A DNA stretch of 64,000 nt from the NCBI RefSeq assembly GCF_009914755.1, contig NC_060925.1. The stretch is one strand, 5' to 3'. Position 1 is the first letter of the stretch; every line of letters starts with the position of its first letter. Of the stretch, positions 17,263 through 31,184 are shown piece by piece. The position numbers were made by a program, and so were the translations under genes. This DNA is from the human T2T-CHM13v2.0 reference genome, Homo sapiens. Under the pieces are notes generated by a model, which was not told the origin of the DNA, ran no database searches, and saw nothing but the letters and a program-made list of their open reading frames with translations.

Positions 17263-17589
17263 TATATCCAAAGGTCAAGCACTATACAACAGCTATGCAG
17301 GATATCCCTAGGAGGACAGAACCTTCTGGACCACCTTGTAAAGCTCAGTGACTTAAAGCCATTGGTGGCCAAATAAATGCAAAACACACACACTGGCCTG
17401 TAAGAGTTTAGAGAAATTGGAGTTCAGCAAGTGGAACCACTGAGGCAACAATTTCTGAGGCATAGGTGGATCTGTCCTACCAAATAATTCACGGGGCTTA
17501 TTTTGAGTTTTCTGCTATGTGTTTCATTGGTCCCCAAAGTCAGTCATAACCAAAATACTGATTTTGATATTTCACTGGTTATACGCCCA

Positions 17590-19315
17590 TGAATCAGTCA
17601 TAGCTCAATCAAGAAAACAGAAACCACATTTGTTATTGCAAACAAAGGTGGGATCTTACGTAGGAAATTGTTATGTAGTTGTTGGAAGGCTGAAAGAGGA
17701 ATGAGAGGACACTGAGATAACCAAAGATTAGTAAGTGCAAGCAGTTAACAGCCTTAGGACTGGGGAAATAAAAGGTAAGAGTAGTGTTATCAGAGTGCAA
17801 CCTGGCAGGCGCGCGTGTGGTTTAGGTGGCATGGCCTAGTTGGTGAGGGAGCACAGTGGGGCTGGTATTTCTACTGTCAAGGGAGCACAGCAAGGGTGTT
17901 GCCAGGGCTGCAATGGTGCTAGAAGAAGCTCAGTGCCACAGTTTGCTGCTGCTGCTATGAAAGCAATCCTGACAGGAACTGGAAGCAGGGAAAGTCCTTT
18001 CTCCCTTTCTTCCTCTCTCTTTCAAAGCTCCACTCAGGGTTTTCTTTTTGCAGAACCTAACCAGAAACCAAGTGGCAAGGGAGTCTGGAAATTATACTTT
18101 GCACACCCAAACATGAACCAGAGTTTTGAAAGGTGTGCTTGAAGCTGAGAGACAGTAAATAGCCAGCAGAATCTATCCTTTTGGTCAGTCAGCATCAATT
18201 TGTGTTTCTATCTTCTGATAACGATAGTATCTTACTGCTTTTGCTTAGCAAGATACAACTGTCTTTTTTAGACATTTCCATCCTCTTCCTAAAAAAGAGG
18301 GCCCAAAGTTCCAGTAGTCACTACATCCATATCTGGGTGATGTCTGTTTTATGTAATCTCACCTAAATATTCTAAAAGACTAAATTGTAAAGTTAACCAC
18401 TGATAACAGTCCTGGTGTAAAATAAAGGGGGACAATGAAGAGGAGGGGGAAAGTAAGTAAATATGTGTCAATAATTACATAATAAGCAAGGAAGAAAATT
18501 ACATAGTTATTACAGTCCTGTGTAGTCATATCTGCTGTATAGTCTGTTTCCTTTGCCATCAGCTGGCCCTGCAACCAGTCAGAATTCTTTTCTGGTGGAG
18601 CTGATCCAGAACTTCACTTCCAAAGGGTCTGAATCTTAGTGTCTGTTTATGTGTTGCTGTGGTTTTGCCTTAACTTTTGTTACTGGATTTGATAGTACCC
18701 AGAAGCACCTTAGAGAATGTCTTGGGCTCTAAACATAGTCTCCTGTATCTCCGTTAGTGTAGCAGCGACTCAATTTATCCTTAGTAATTGGGAGCAATTG
18801 TCCTGGCAAAAACAGTGATCCCACCTTTGTTTGTTATTTCAATAGCATGGAAGTCCCATCTTCCAATTCAGTGGAGCCATTGTTGTGACCTCTGATGAAA
18901 GCATTCCTCCTTTGAGAGCTAAAACTTCTAAACCAGCAGCAATCAAAGTTGCAGAATGGAAAAGAAAATTTTGCTGGTTGGTAGTTAACGGTCATCGTGG
19001 AGGAGCCAGTCCCAGTTCCACCCCTTGATCCATGTATTCTGGCGAAGAAAGAGTACCCTATATTATTTAATCTCTGTTTCGAAGAATTCCCTACATCCTA
19101 TAGGATAGCGCCCTAACCTTTCAGAGTGTTGTCTCTCAACTGGCACTGTAACAGAAACTTCAGTAAGCTGTTTTATTAGCCCTGCTGCTTCTGAGAGATG
19201 TCACACATGGCAAGACCAATAAACTACGGGCATGAGCTCATTGGTAAACTTCTTTAGCTGAGAAACGAGTTCCTTAATCACAAACAGTATTGTGTAGAAC
19301 ACCCATAAGCCCATA
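17590..19315 (-). mobile_element. ERVL-class internal remnant (integrase C-terminal part/dUTPase) with an adjoining LTR-like segment
   Basis: Minus strand resembles decayed ERVL pol 3' region (...SEAAGLI..., ...AAGLEVLALKGGMLSSEVTTMAPLNWK...). Confidence 0.6.
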
Positions 19316-19324
19316 GATCATCAT

Positions 19325-20486
<1,162 letters not shown>

Positions 20487-20489
20487 GTT

Positions 20490-21675
20490 ATACTGGAAGA
20501 AGCACAGACCACTAGGGTTTTGGAATAGATAATTCTTTTCAGAAACAGATCTTGGTTTTCTACGGGGCCCTGGTAGAAACTAAACTTCTGATCATGGGAC
20601 ATCTGGAGACCACATGTCCTGAACTACCCATGATGAACTGGACGTTTTCTGAACCACCAAGATAGAACATTGGTTGAAGGCATCAGCAATCCAACATCAA
20701 GTGAAGATGGTATGAATGAGATTCGGTGCAAGCAGATCCTGAAGTCCTGAAGACGTAAGTATGTTGCATGAGAGGTGGCTTGGTTTCCTATAGCACCTAT
20801 TCCTGCTACAGTGCCATCTCTCTACTAACTCATTGTGGGGAGTTCCCAGTCACCAGCTGACTGAGGAAGAAAAAGCTAAGGCCTGGTTTACAGATGGTTT
20901 TGCACAATATATCTGGCATTAACTGGATGCAGATGGCTGCAGCATTATAACCCCATTCAGGGATGGCCTAGTAAGACAGTGGTGATGAAAAATTCTCCCA
21001 GTGGGCAGAACTCTGAGCAATACATTTAGTTGTCCACTCTGTGTAGATTAAGAGATGGTCAGAAGTACACATATTCTGATTCATGGACAGTGACTGTTAG
21101 TTTGAAATGTTGGGGACTCAGAAAAAAGGTTTTGGTAGATTGGTGACAAAGGTCACCAAAGGTTAGGGGAAGAGACAGGTGGATGACACTTTCAGGATAG
21201 AGTGAAAAAAAAATGTCCCACATGAATACTCAGCAAAGGGGATCCACTATAGAAGAGAATTTCAGTAATCAGATGGACAGAATGACCTGCCCTGTGGAGG
21301 TGTCAGTCTCTTTCTGCAGTTACCTTAATGCTTGCTCAGTGGCTCCAGTGGAAGGGATCAAGATTATGCATAGGCTCAACATGTACTTCCCTCACCAAGC
21401 TTGGTGTGGCTATGCCCATTGCTGAGTGTCTACCTTGTCAACAGCAGAGACTGAGATGGAGCCCTTTACACAGGATTTTTCCCTGGGAAAGAGGAGAAGA
21501 CTACCTCTTGGCAGGTTGACCACAGTGGAGGAGGTAGCCATTTGTCCTCTGTGAATAGCTTTAATTAGGATATAGATTTGTCTTCCCTGACCGCAATGCT
21601 TCTGCCAATGTGACTATCCAGGTACTAATGGGTGTTTTTACACAATATTGCTTCTGACCAAGGAGCTCATTTTTA
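20490..21675 (+). mobile_element. ERVL-class pol remnant (RNase H to integrase core)
   Basis: Motifs AWFTDG (20881), SQWAEL (20996), WQVD (21509), SDQG (21654). Confidence 0.75.
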
Positions 21676-21921
21676 AGTCGTCCTTATGTAAGGACAAAGC
21701 AGATCTCTAAAAGAAAAAAAAAGCCAGGAAGATATTATATCAAAATGTTAAAAATAGTTGTCAAATGGGCATTAGTGTAATATAAGTATTTTACTTTTTT
21801 ATTTTTTTATTTTCCAAATTATTGTGTGCCTGGAAAAATAAAATACAAAGGCAATTCAAGATAGTTTTAAAACTTCACCCCTGGGAAACTTAGTTCAGTT
21901 TCCCTAAGAAAAGATTGCTTG

Positions 21922-22538
21922 GGCTGGGCGTGGTGGCTCACACCTGTAATTTCAGCACTTTGGGAGGCTGAGGCAGGCAGATCATTTGAGGTCAGGAGTT
22001 CAAGACTAGCCTGGCCAACATTGCCAGGCCAACCCTGTCTCTACTAAAAATACAAAAATTAGCTGGGCATGGTGGCATCCCAGCTATTTGGGAGGCTGAG
22101 GTGGGAGGATTGCTTGAACCCAGGAGGCGGAGGTTGTAGTGAGCTGAGATTACACCGTTGCACTCCAACCTGGGTGAAAGAGCACTCCATATCAAAAAGA
22201 AAAGAAAAGAAAAAAGATTGCTTGAGGCTACTTTGATATTTACTTATTTTTTTCAGAGATGGGGTCTTGCTGTGTTGCTCAGGCTGGAGTAGTTGCATAA
22301 TCATAGCTCACTGCAGCCTCAAACTCCTAGGCTCAAGTGAACCTTGCATCTCAGCCTCCCAAGTATCTGGTATTACAGGTGCATGCCACCACCACGCTAA
22401 TTTAAAAAAAATTTTTTTTGTAGGGATGGGGTCTTGCTATGTTGCCCAGGTTAGTCTTGAACTCCAGGCCTCAAACTGTCCTGCTGCCTCGGCCTCCCAA
22501 AGGGCTGGGATTACAGGCATGCCTCACAACACCCAGCT
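21922..22538. mobile_element. Sense Alu (21922-22212) and antisense AluJ (22240-22538)
   Basis: Tail-to-tail dimers. Confidence 0.9.
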
Positions 22539-22634
22539 GATTTTAATTATGATTTCAATTCTATTATTTTCAAACCACTCAGGCAAAGGCTATTGCAGCC
22601 TCATCCACAGGGATAGGGATATTGCTCTATAATC

Positions 22635-22830
22635 TCAGTGATCCTCAAACTTCAGTGTAATAAGCATCTTCAGAGAGATATAAAAATCTCTGTTTACTCC
22701 TCTCCCCCAAGAAATTCTGAGTGGGAAATTGTGGGTGGGACCTAGGTAGGAATCTGTATATTTATCAAAAGACCTCCAAGTGAGTGCCTCTGGTTTAGGT
22801 GGTCCACACAGACCCTTTAAGGAACACTGC
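22635..22830. mobile_element. MER5-type hAT MITE
   Basis: CAGTGATCCTCAAACTT ... TTTAAGGAACACTG. Confidence 0.7.
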
Positions 22831-23019
22831 TCTAGATTTACAGGTGGCTCCACGGCTGGGAAAAATTGAAGAATTCAAGTAAGTCTTGGAAAGAAACAGG
22901 TGCTAGTTATTCTGTTGTCAATAGAATCAGATTCCGGAAACACAAGTAGAAGGACAACCCCAAATCCTTTTTGCCTTTGATTAGCATTGATTCAAATTGT
23001 AGCACGTCACTGCACTCAC

Positions 23020-23053
23020 ATTACCAATCTAGGTATTCAGAGCAGTTCTCTAT
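23020..23053 (-). pseudogene. Short pseudo-exon
   Basis: ggcttttctcatgcag| acceptor, IENCSEYLDW in phase 0; possible donors gtaatg (after 23025) or gtgagt (after 23020). Confidence 0.4.
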
Positions 23054-23558
23054 CTGCATGAGAAAAGCCACACAACATAATGGGTGCTGGTATCAGATGA
23101 CTCTTTCACTACCATATCACTGCTGCCTCCAAAGCCAGTGGAGACAAATAGATCTGAGTGTGAATACCAGCTTCACCACTTTTTAGGTTTTGACTTTAGG
23201 TGGGTTTTTCATGGGAATAATATTTAGGTGTTACAGAAGTATGACTTGAGTCGAATTAGTTAATCATTTTATTTTATCTTTTTTTTTTTTTTACTGAGAT
23301 AATCTGAGCCTACAGTATACTTAATTATTTTAGACTTCAGTTTCTTCTTAAAGAGGACTGTAGTCCTTTCTTGCTCTGAAATTTTTCATATATAATATGA
23401 GAATCCTATTTCTCAAGAAAAAACACTCAGATATTTTCAGAAAACATACAATCACAATGTTGAGAAAAAAGCCATTAAAATAACTGCTTTATCAGGGAAA
23501 AAAATCTAATACTTAGTATATTCCTAAATTAAATAATGTCTGATAAGGCAGTGATTAC

Positions 23559-23806
23559 TTCAGGCAAAATGAGTCTACACAGGAAGCTGTAGGGTCTCCC
23601 AAACTAAGGGCAATCTTTGGACCTGCCCCCTAAGAGCTCCCTTATCAGGCAGGTTAGTGATGTCCTCAGTGGACTTTCTGTCTTGGAAAAAGAATGTCCA
23701 GTGATGAGAAACTGGAGTTCTGTCACACTATGACCCTGAAGTTAGCGGCCCAAAGTGGGGCGTATGAAGAGTGTGAATGATGCTAAATTCCTAAGGAGCC
23801 TTTGAG
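23559..23806 (-). pseudogene. Pseudo-exon, 248 nt
   Basis: ccctatttcag| ... GAA|gtaatc; 82 codons with two stops, QRLLRNLASFTLFIRPTLGR*LQGHSVTELQFLITGHSFSKTESPLRTSLTCLIRELLGG... Confidence 0.5.
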
Positions 23807-24007
23807 CTGAAATAGGGCATGACATCTCGTCTCACATCTGATGTGTCTCAGATTTCCCTATTCTCTGTCACCATGAGAGAATATAAAAAGATTTTCCTAT
23901 CAAAGACCAGGAGCCTGGATTCCTGCCTTTTCCCACCTTCTCTCACTCTTTCTGCCACTCACTTTGTCCACTCCAACGCATTGTTTAGGTTTATGTAGAA
24001 AACTGAC

Positions 24008-24728
24008 CTTTATCGCAGAGTGGGGATTCTGAGGTACGAACACTTGAACTCAAGTGAACTTCAGATTATTCAGTTGGCTTTACATAGTTATTAAAACCCC
24101 AAGTTATGCACACTCACTGAAAGAACTTGTAGGTTTAAAGTACTACACAGACTCTTCTTGGCATTCCATTTAGCTCTTAGGTCTCTGATAGGGTTTGGAT
24201 TTGTGTCCCCACCCAAATCTCATGTGGAATCGTAATCCCCAATGTTGGAGGTGGGGCCTGGTGGGAGGTGATTGGATCATGAGGGTGGATCCTTCATGAT
24301 TGGTTTTGCACCCTCACCGTGGCGCCGTCCTCATGATAGTGAGTTCTCATAAGATCTGGTTGTTGAAAAGTGTGTACCACCTCCCCCCCCATTCCTCCTG
24401 CTCTGGCCATGTCAAGTGCTATCTACCCCTTTGCCTTCTGCTATGATTCTAACTTTCCTGAGGCCTCCCCAGAAGCCTAGCAGATGCCAGCATCATGCTT
24501 ATTGTACAGCCTGTGGAACTGTGAGCCAATTAAACCTCTCTGTAAATTACCCAGTATCAGATATTTCTTTATAGCAGTGCAAGAACAGACTAATGCAGTC
24601 CTATAATAAGGACCTTGCCCTTGGGGTTATAGTTACTCCAAATAGCCCTTTCCCCGATTCTATACTGGGGAACTTTCTGTTCCTTGGAGGACTGTTTTTC
24701 TTACCCTGATAAGTGACAGACAGCATCA
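24008..24728 (-). pseudogene. Pseudo-exon split by an MST solo LTR
   Basis: Strong acceptor ttactctgtttcttctctattcag|; MLSVTYQGKKNSPPRNRKFPSIESGKGLFGVTITPRARSLL*D|LRAKWNAKKSL...; possible donors after 24118 (gtgagt) or 24008 (gtcagt). Confidence 0.45.
24186..24597 (+). mobile_element. MST (MSTA/B) solo LTR
   Basis: TGATAGGGTTTGGATTTGTGTCCCCACCCAAATCTCATG ... GACTAATGCA. Confidence 0.85.
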
Positions 24729-25044
24729 CTGAATAGAGAAGAAACAGAGTAAGTAAACCTGATCCAAAAAAAGTCAATGAAAAGGCTGAGAATGAACCCA
24801 AAAGAAAATGGAAGATCTGCCCTCAAGTCACATGGTAGGAAAAAGTTCATGAAGGTCAGAGCTCATGGAGCAGTTACAGGATAAACTAGGAGAGCACTCA
24901 GGAAGCCAGAGGCAGACACAGAGCACCACAGACGGAAGACCTTGAAACCAAGGCCAGGTCTAACGTAGAAAGGCAGTACCACATAGTGTTCTCTTTTCTC
25001 TGTCTTGCTGAATTCTTCTTGTGTGAGGGACTCCAATGACTTAC

Positions 25045-25886
25045 TTTCCCACACAGTCTGGTCCAATGCAAGGCCTAAAAACTCACTTTGCCTTCTGTAA
25101 GAGAACATGATTATATCCTGTTATGATTCAGATCTATACTCTGACTACTGGTAAAAGCTGCACTGATATTTCCTCTTTAGTTTGGCTGATGTACCTTCTC
25201 TTTTCCTTTCCTAGAGATACTGCCTTTTCTTTCACTTCTGCATTATCCATAAAGACCCTGGATAGTCTCTTTTCCCCTGTCTCCTTATTTTTGTTTTTTC
25301 TGTCAGGCAATGTCTTCCTAGTTAACCTTTGTAACTGAGCTGTTGTCATGCTTACATTTTTACACAGTGCAGTTATTTTGGCTATTCTCTCTTTTTTCTT
25401 GAGACAGGATCTCACTGCATCACCCAGGTTGGAGTGCAGAGGTGCACCCATGGTTCACTGTAGCCTCCACCTCTCAAGTGCAAGCAATACTTCCCCTTCA
25501 GCCTGTTTTGCAGAGACAAAATATTTTTTGTAGAGACAGGGTCTCACTACATTGCCTAGGCTGGTCTTGAACTGCTGGGCTCAAGCAATCCTCCTGCCTC
25601 AGGCTCCCAAAGTGCTGGGATTACAGGCATGAGCCACCACACTCGGTCTTATTTTGGTTATTCTCTTAAAGTTTCCCCCTATTTTCTCTTGCAGGCATTT
25701 TTCTGTAGCTCTTCACAACTTCATTCCTTGTTTCTCTCCCATTATCAGTCCTTTTGACAAAGTAGAGATCCTCAGCAATTCTCTTGGCTCAAATACGTCT
25801 ATAGCTTTATCAACATGACGACCATCCAACTTGAGAAACATTTTATTGTCTTGCATTGGAACAGTATATTTCAAACTGCATGTTCT
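25045..25886 (-). pseudogene. Large pseudo-exon split by an Alu
   Basis: About 160 codons in one frame across the Alu with a single internal TGA, then a stop/frameshift and an AAA|gtaagt donor; 5' boundary uncertain. Confidence 0.6.
25391..25648 (-). mobile_element. AluJ-like
   Basis: 18-nt TSD with 1 mismatch at 25373-25390 and 25649-25666. Confidence 0.88.
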
Positions 25887-26042
25887 CTACAATATTTTTT
25901 TTTTTTTTGAGACAGAGTCTTGCTGTCACCCAGGCTGGAGTGCAGTGACATGAACATGGCTCATTGCAGCCTTGACCTCTTGGGCTCAAACAATCCTTCT
26001 ACCTCAGCCTCCTGAGTAGCTAATACTACAGGTGTACACCAC

Positions 26043-26602
26043 CGTATTAGTCAGGGTTCTCTAGAGGGACAGACCTAATAGGATATATGTATATATGAAA
26101 GGGAGTTTATTAAGGAGAATTGACTCACGTGGTCATAAGGTAAAGTCCTGTGATAGGCCATCTGCAAGTTGAGGAGCAAGGAAGCCAGTGGTGGATCAGT
26201 CTGAGTCCCAAAACCTCACAGGTAGGGAAGCCAACAGGGCCACCTTCAGTCTGTGGGTGAAGGCCTGAGAGCCCCTGGCAAACCACTAGTGTAAGCCCAA
26301 GAGTACAAAAGCCAGGAACTTGGAGTCTGATGTTTGAGGACAGGAAGTGTCCAGCGCAGGAGAAAGATGAAGACCAGAAGACTCAGCAAGTCGGCTCCTT
26401 CCAACTTCCTCTGCCTGCTTTATTCTAGATGCACTGGCAGCTGATTAGATGGTTGTCCACCCAGATTGAGGGTGGGTCTATCTCTCCCAGCCCACTGACT
26501 CAAATGTTACTCTCCTTTGGCAACACCCTCACAGACACACCCAGGAACAATACTTTGCATCCTTCAATCCAATCGGGTTGACACTCAATACTAACCACCA
26601 CA
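26043..26602 (-). mobile_element. MLT2A (HERV-L) solo LTR inserted in an antisense AluJ (25895-26671)
   Basis: GTATTAGTCAGGGTTCTCTAGAGGGACAGA ... ACTAACCACCACA; 5-bp TSD ACCAC. Confidence 0.88.
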
Positions 26603-27220
26603 ACCACCATGCCAGCTAATTTTAAAAAATCCTTTTTTGTAGAGATAGAGTCTCACTGTGTTGCCAGGCTGTAAAAGAATTTTTTAAATTTCATTTTTTC
26701 TAACTCAATGATTATTTTGAAAATTAATAAAATTAATATAAATATATTTAGGATCATCTGAGTGCCTATTTTATAGCCAAGTACTGCCACAAAATTTCAA
26801 TATTCCAAGTTGCACATTAATTGTAGAAACATCAACGAAAACAGGGGGTAGACTTGATATGTAAGTGATGAATTTGAACTAACTGGAGGCTGAATTACAT
26901 CATAGTGTATTGTACAGATGAATGTTTCTCAGTGATTCAAATATAGAGAACTAATGGGGGAAGTGAGTCAACACAGCACAAATAGTAAAAATCTGCCAAA
27001 CTAAAATGAATGTACCAGACCAATCAGTATCGTTTAGTTTAAACCAAATCACAGAATCAGTGATGTTAAATTAATTAATTTGAATTTTATTTTATGGATT
27101 TATTATAATTAATTTATTTTAAAAATGCTTTTTTGTTGTATGAGTTACATACATCAGGAATTTAACTGTTTTCTATTTGTAGATATTTCTATAACATTAT
27201 AATGAAAACAATTTGTCAAG

Positions 27221-29810
27221 CTTCTGCTTCCGGCCAAGATGGATTAACAGGATTTAGAGGTACCCTCCTATTTGGGACGACTTAAAAAGTGAACAAAATA
27301 TATGGAACAACACTTTTCAAGATATTAGACATCAGGCAATGAGGGGTAGTGTTCCCTGAGATATGGGAAGCAAACACATATCCCCCTCTGACTGTGAGGA
27401 TAAACTTGAGTGTCCCCTCCCATGGCACAGGGAGGGGACACTCAAGTAGAGCCTGGTAAATTCCTTGAGTTAAGGATGTTGACTGGAAGCTTGAGGAGAC
27501 CTGGGTGGCTAGAATTCTGAAGAGAGGAGAGTTACACAGAGAAGTCCAGAGACCTGCAGAGGGTTCCCCTCAAATATTTAGCAGATTAGCGAAGACTGCA
27601 TGCACATGAGGAAACTACCTGAGGTTCTGAAAGAATCACTCAAGAGGATTTCTTTTTTAAACCTCCCTAGTGCTGGAGCACCCAAGAGGATTAGAGGGAA
27701 TAATGGTGCTTGCACAGGGCTAGAAATGTGCCTGTCCACTGACCACTCTCATCCCCCAGCCAAATAAGAAAACCCCATAATTCATGGGGAATTGTGTAGA
27801 GTACTTAGTATAGCCATGCCCCAGAAATGGGGAATAATTAGCTCTATAATAAATGCTGATCTGGCTTAGCTAACAAATTCAACAGACAGATTTAAAAAGG
27901 CCAAACTATTTCCTAGTAACTTAACTGTGGCCCAGAATCAACTTCAATGATATTTATAAGAACAAAAAAAAATCCATCCCCCAACAAGGTAAAAAACACA
28001 ATGTCTGGCATCCAATCAAAAATTACCAGGCAATCAAATGATGTGGGAAAATAAGACCCATAATTATAAGAAAAATAATAGAAACTCATCCAGAATTGAC
28101 AAAGATGCAAAAATTATCAAATGGCATTAAAATAGTTATTATGGCTATAGTCCATATGTTCAAAAAGCTAATGGAAAGATTGAACATGTTAATTAGAGAC
28201 ATAGAAGATATGAAAAGGATCCAAATAGACTTTAGAGATGAAAACTATAATACTTGAGATGAAAAATACACTGATGGGATTAAAGACAAATTAGACATTA
28301 TGGAAGAGAACATTAGTAAACTTGTAGACATAGCAATAGAATTAATCCAAAATGAAAAACACAGAAAAAAATAAATTTTAAAAAGTACACAGAGTATCAT
28401 AAACTGTGGGGCAACTTTAACTGGTTTACTATATAGACAGTTCCTGACTTACGATTTTTCAACTTAACGATGGTGGGAAAGTGATGCTTATTCAGTAGAA
28501 ACTGTACTTTGAGTACCCACACAACCATTCTGTTTTTTACTTTCAGTAGAGTACCTAACAAATTGCATGAGATATTCAACACTTTATTATAGAAAAATAA
28601 TAAAATGTTAGATGATTTTGCTGAACTGTAGGCTAATGTAACTGTTCTGAGCCTGTCTAAGACAGGCTAGGCCAAGCCATGATGTTTGGTAGATTAGGTG
28701 TATTAAATACATTTTTGACATGATATTTTCAACTTATGATGGGTTTATTGGGACATAATCCCATCTTGAGTTGAGGAGAGCTTGTATATGTGATTGGGGA
28801 CCCTAAAGGAGGGGGGATAGAAAAGTATTTGAAGAAATAATGATAACGTATTTCTAAATTTGATACAAAACACAAACCCAAAATTCTGTGAAATTTCAAC
28901 AAATCCCATGTGCAGGAAGCAGAAAGAAAACTACACCAGTTTGGGCAACTATAAATTGCCCAAAACCAGTGACAAAAAGAAAATCTTAAAAGCAGCCAGA
29001 AAAAAGTACATACAGAAGAACAAAGATAAGGAGGACAGCATATTTCTCTCAGAAAAATGCAAGCAAGAAGACTGGAGAAAACATCTTTGAAGTACTGAAA
29101 TAAAAAAATTATAAATAGGAATATTTTCTAAAAATGGAGGGAAAACACTTTTTTAGACCTACAAAAGCTGAAAGAATTAACCGCCAATAGACCTGCACCA
29201 CAAGAAATGTTAAAGGAAGTCCCTCATGTGGAAGGAAAATGGTAACAAGGAAACCTGGAACTACACAAGGGAAGGAACAACAGAAATGCTAACTCCGTGG
29301 GTAAATACATACTTTTTTTCTTATTACTTAGAGCCTTTTGAAAGAGAATGAAGTTTTGAGGTTGGGCACGGTGGCTTACGCCTGTATTCCCAACTCTTTG
29401 GGAGGCTGAGGCAGGCGGATCACCTGTGGTCAGGAATTCAAGACCAGCCTGGCCAACATGGCAAATAAAAAAATTAGCTGGATGTGTTGGCACACATCTG
29501 TAATCCCAGTTACTCAGGAGGCTGAGGCATGAGAATTGCTTGAACTTAGGAGGCGGAGGTTGCAGTGAACCAAGATCACACCACCGCATTCCAGCCTGGG
29601 TGACAGAGCGAGACTCTGTCTCAGAAACAAACAAACAAATTAAAAACAACTAAATAAAACAGAATGGACTGTTGAAACAAAAATAAAATGTAGTGTAGAT
29701 TTTATATAGATGTGAAATGCATGACAACAGTAGCACAAAGGCTGGGAAGAGAGAAATGATAGTATACTATAGTAAGTTTCTTATGCTATATGTGAAGTAG
29801 CATAATTGGT
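27221..29810 (+). mobile_element. Ancient L1M 5' UTR/ORF1 remnant containing a Tigger3 (28434-28784) and an Alu (29360-29655)
   Basis: cttccggccaagatgg start; ORF1-like KTSDKKKILKAARKK. Confidence 0.75.
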
Positions 29811-30053
29811 TCTGCTTCTGTAACTGTGCTTTGACTGATAGAGGTTCTATGAAAAACTTGTTGGGATTTTGAACGGGATTGTGTTAAATCTATAGCTCCA
29901 TTTGGAATCTTCCTATTCATAAACATGGTATGTCTCTCTGTTTACTTATGTCTTCTTTAAAGTCTTCTAATAAAGTATTATTATTTTTTCCATAAAGGAC
30001 TACTTCTTTTGCTATTCCTAGTTACTTTATATTTTTGTTACTATGAAAAATGT

Positions 30054-30327
30054 CTTTTTATTTATTTTTGAGACAGGGTCTCACTCTGTCACCCAGGCTG
30101 GATTGCAATGTGACCATGGCTCACTGCAGCCTCAACCTCCTGGGCTCAAGTGATCCTCCCACTTCAGCCTCCTAAGTAACTGGGACCACAGGCACATGCC
30201 ACCATGCCTGGCTAATTTTAAAATGTTTTATAGAGACAGGGTCTTGCTATGTTGCCAGGGCTGATCTCAGACTCCTAGGCTCAAGTGATCCTCCTACCTT
30301 GACCTCCCGCAGTGCTGGGATTTCAAG
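30054..30327 (-). mobile_element. AluJ-like
   Basis: Antisense dimer, 5' truncated. Confidence 0.85.
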
Positions 30328-30455
30328 CAAAAAAAAATCTTTAAAAAAAAATAGATTTTATTTCAGTTTTAATCTTAGGTTCCCAGCAAAATTTCATGGA
30401 AGGTGCAGAGATTTTCTGTATATTCCTCACTCCCACATATACATAGTCATTTCTG

Positions 30456-31013
30456 TGTGATGGCTAATTTTATATGTCAACTTGACTAGGCTAAGGGATG
30501 CTCAGTTAGCTGGTAAAATATAATTTCCGGGTGTATCAGTGAGGGAGTTTCTGGAAGAGCTTAACATTTGAATCAGTAGACTGAGCAAAGAATATCAGAT
30601 TGACTAATGTGGGTGGGCATGAGCCAACTCATTGAGGGCCCAAATAGAACAAAAGGGCAAAGGAATGGCAAATTCTTTCTCTCTCCTCTTGAGCTGGGAC
30701 ATCCATCTTCTCTTGTTCTTGGACATTGGAGCTCTTGGTTTTTGGGCCTTCAGACTCAGATTGAAATATGCCACCAACTTTTCAGCTTTTCTGATTCTCC
30801 AGTTTGCAGACAGCATACCATGAGACTTCTTGTCCTCAAGTAATTGAATGATTGAGTCCCATAATAAATCTTCTCATATATATACAAGGGTTTTTCTAGA
30901 GGAATAGAATTAATGGGATATACATAGAATCAATGGGCTACATATATATATATGTAGGTATACATATGTATATCCCATTGATTCTATTCCTCTTGAGAAC
31001 TCTGACTAGTACA
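30456..31013 (+). mobile_element. MLT2 (B/C/D-type) LTR
   Basis: TGTGATGGCTAATTTTATATGTCAACTTGACT ... CTCTGACTAGTACA. Confidence 0.8.
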
Positions 31014-31184
31014 CTCCCCATAGCAGCATCCTGCAGCAGAGTGACACATTTGTTACAATCAATGAACCTACAGTTATACATTATTAGCATCCTAAGTCCA
31101 TTGTTTATGTTAAGATTCATTCTTGGTATTGTACCTTTCATGGGTTTTGACAAATGTATAATGACATATGTCCACTATGATGGT

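Noticed and set aside
28860-29090. 76-aa basic ORF
   Set aside because: L1 ORF1 remnant.
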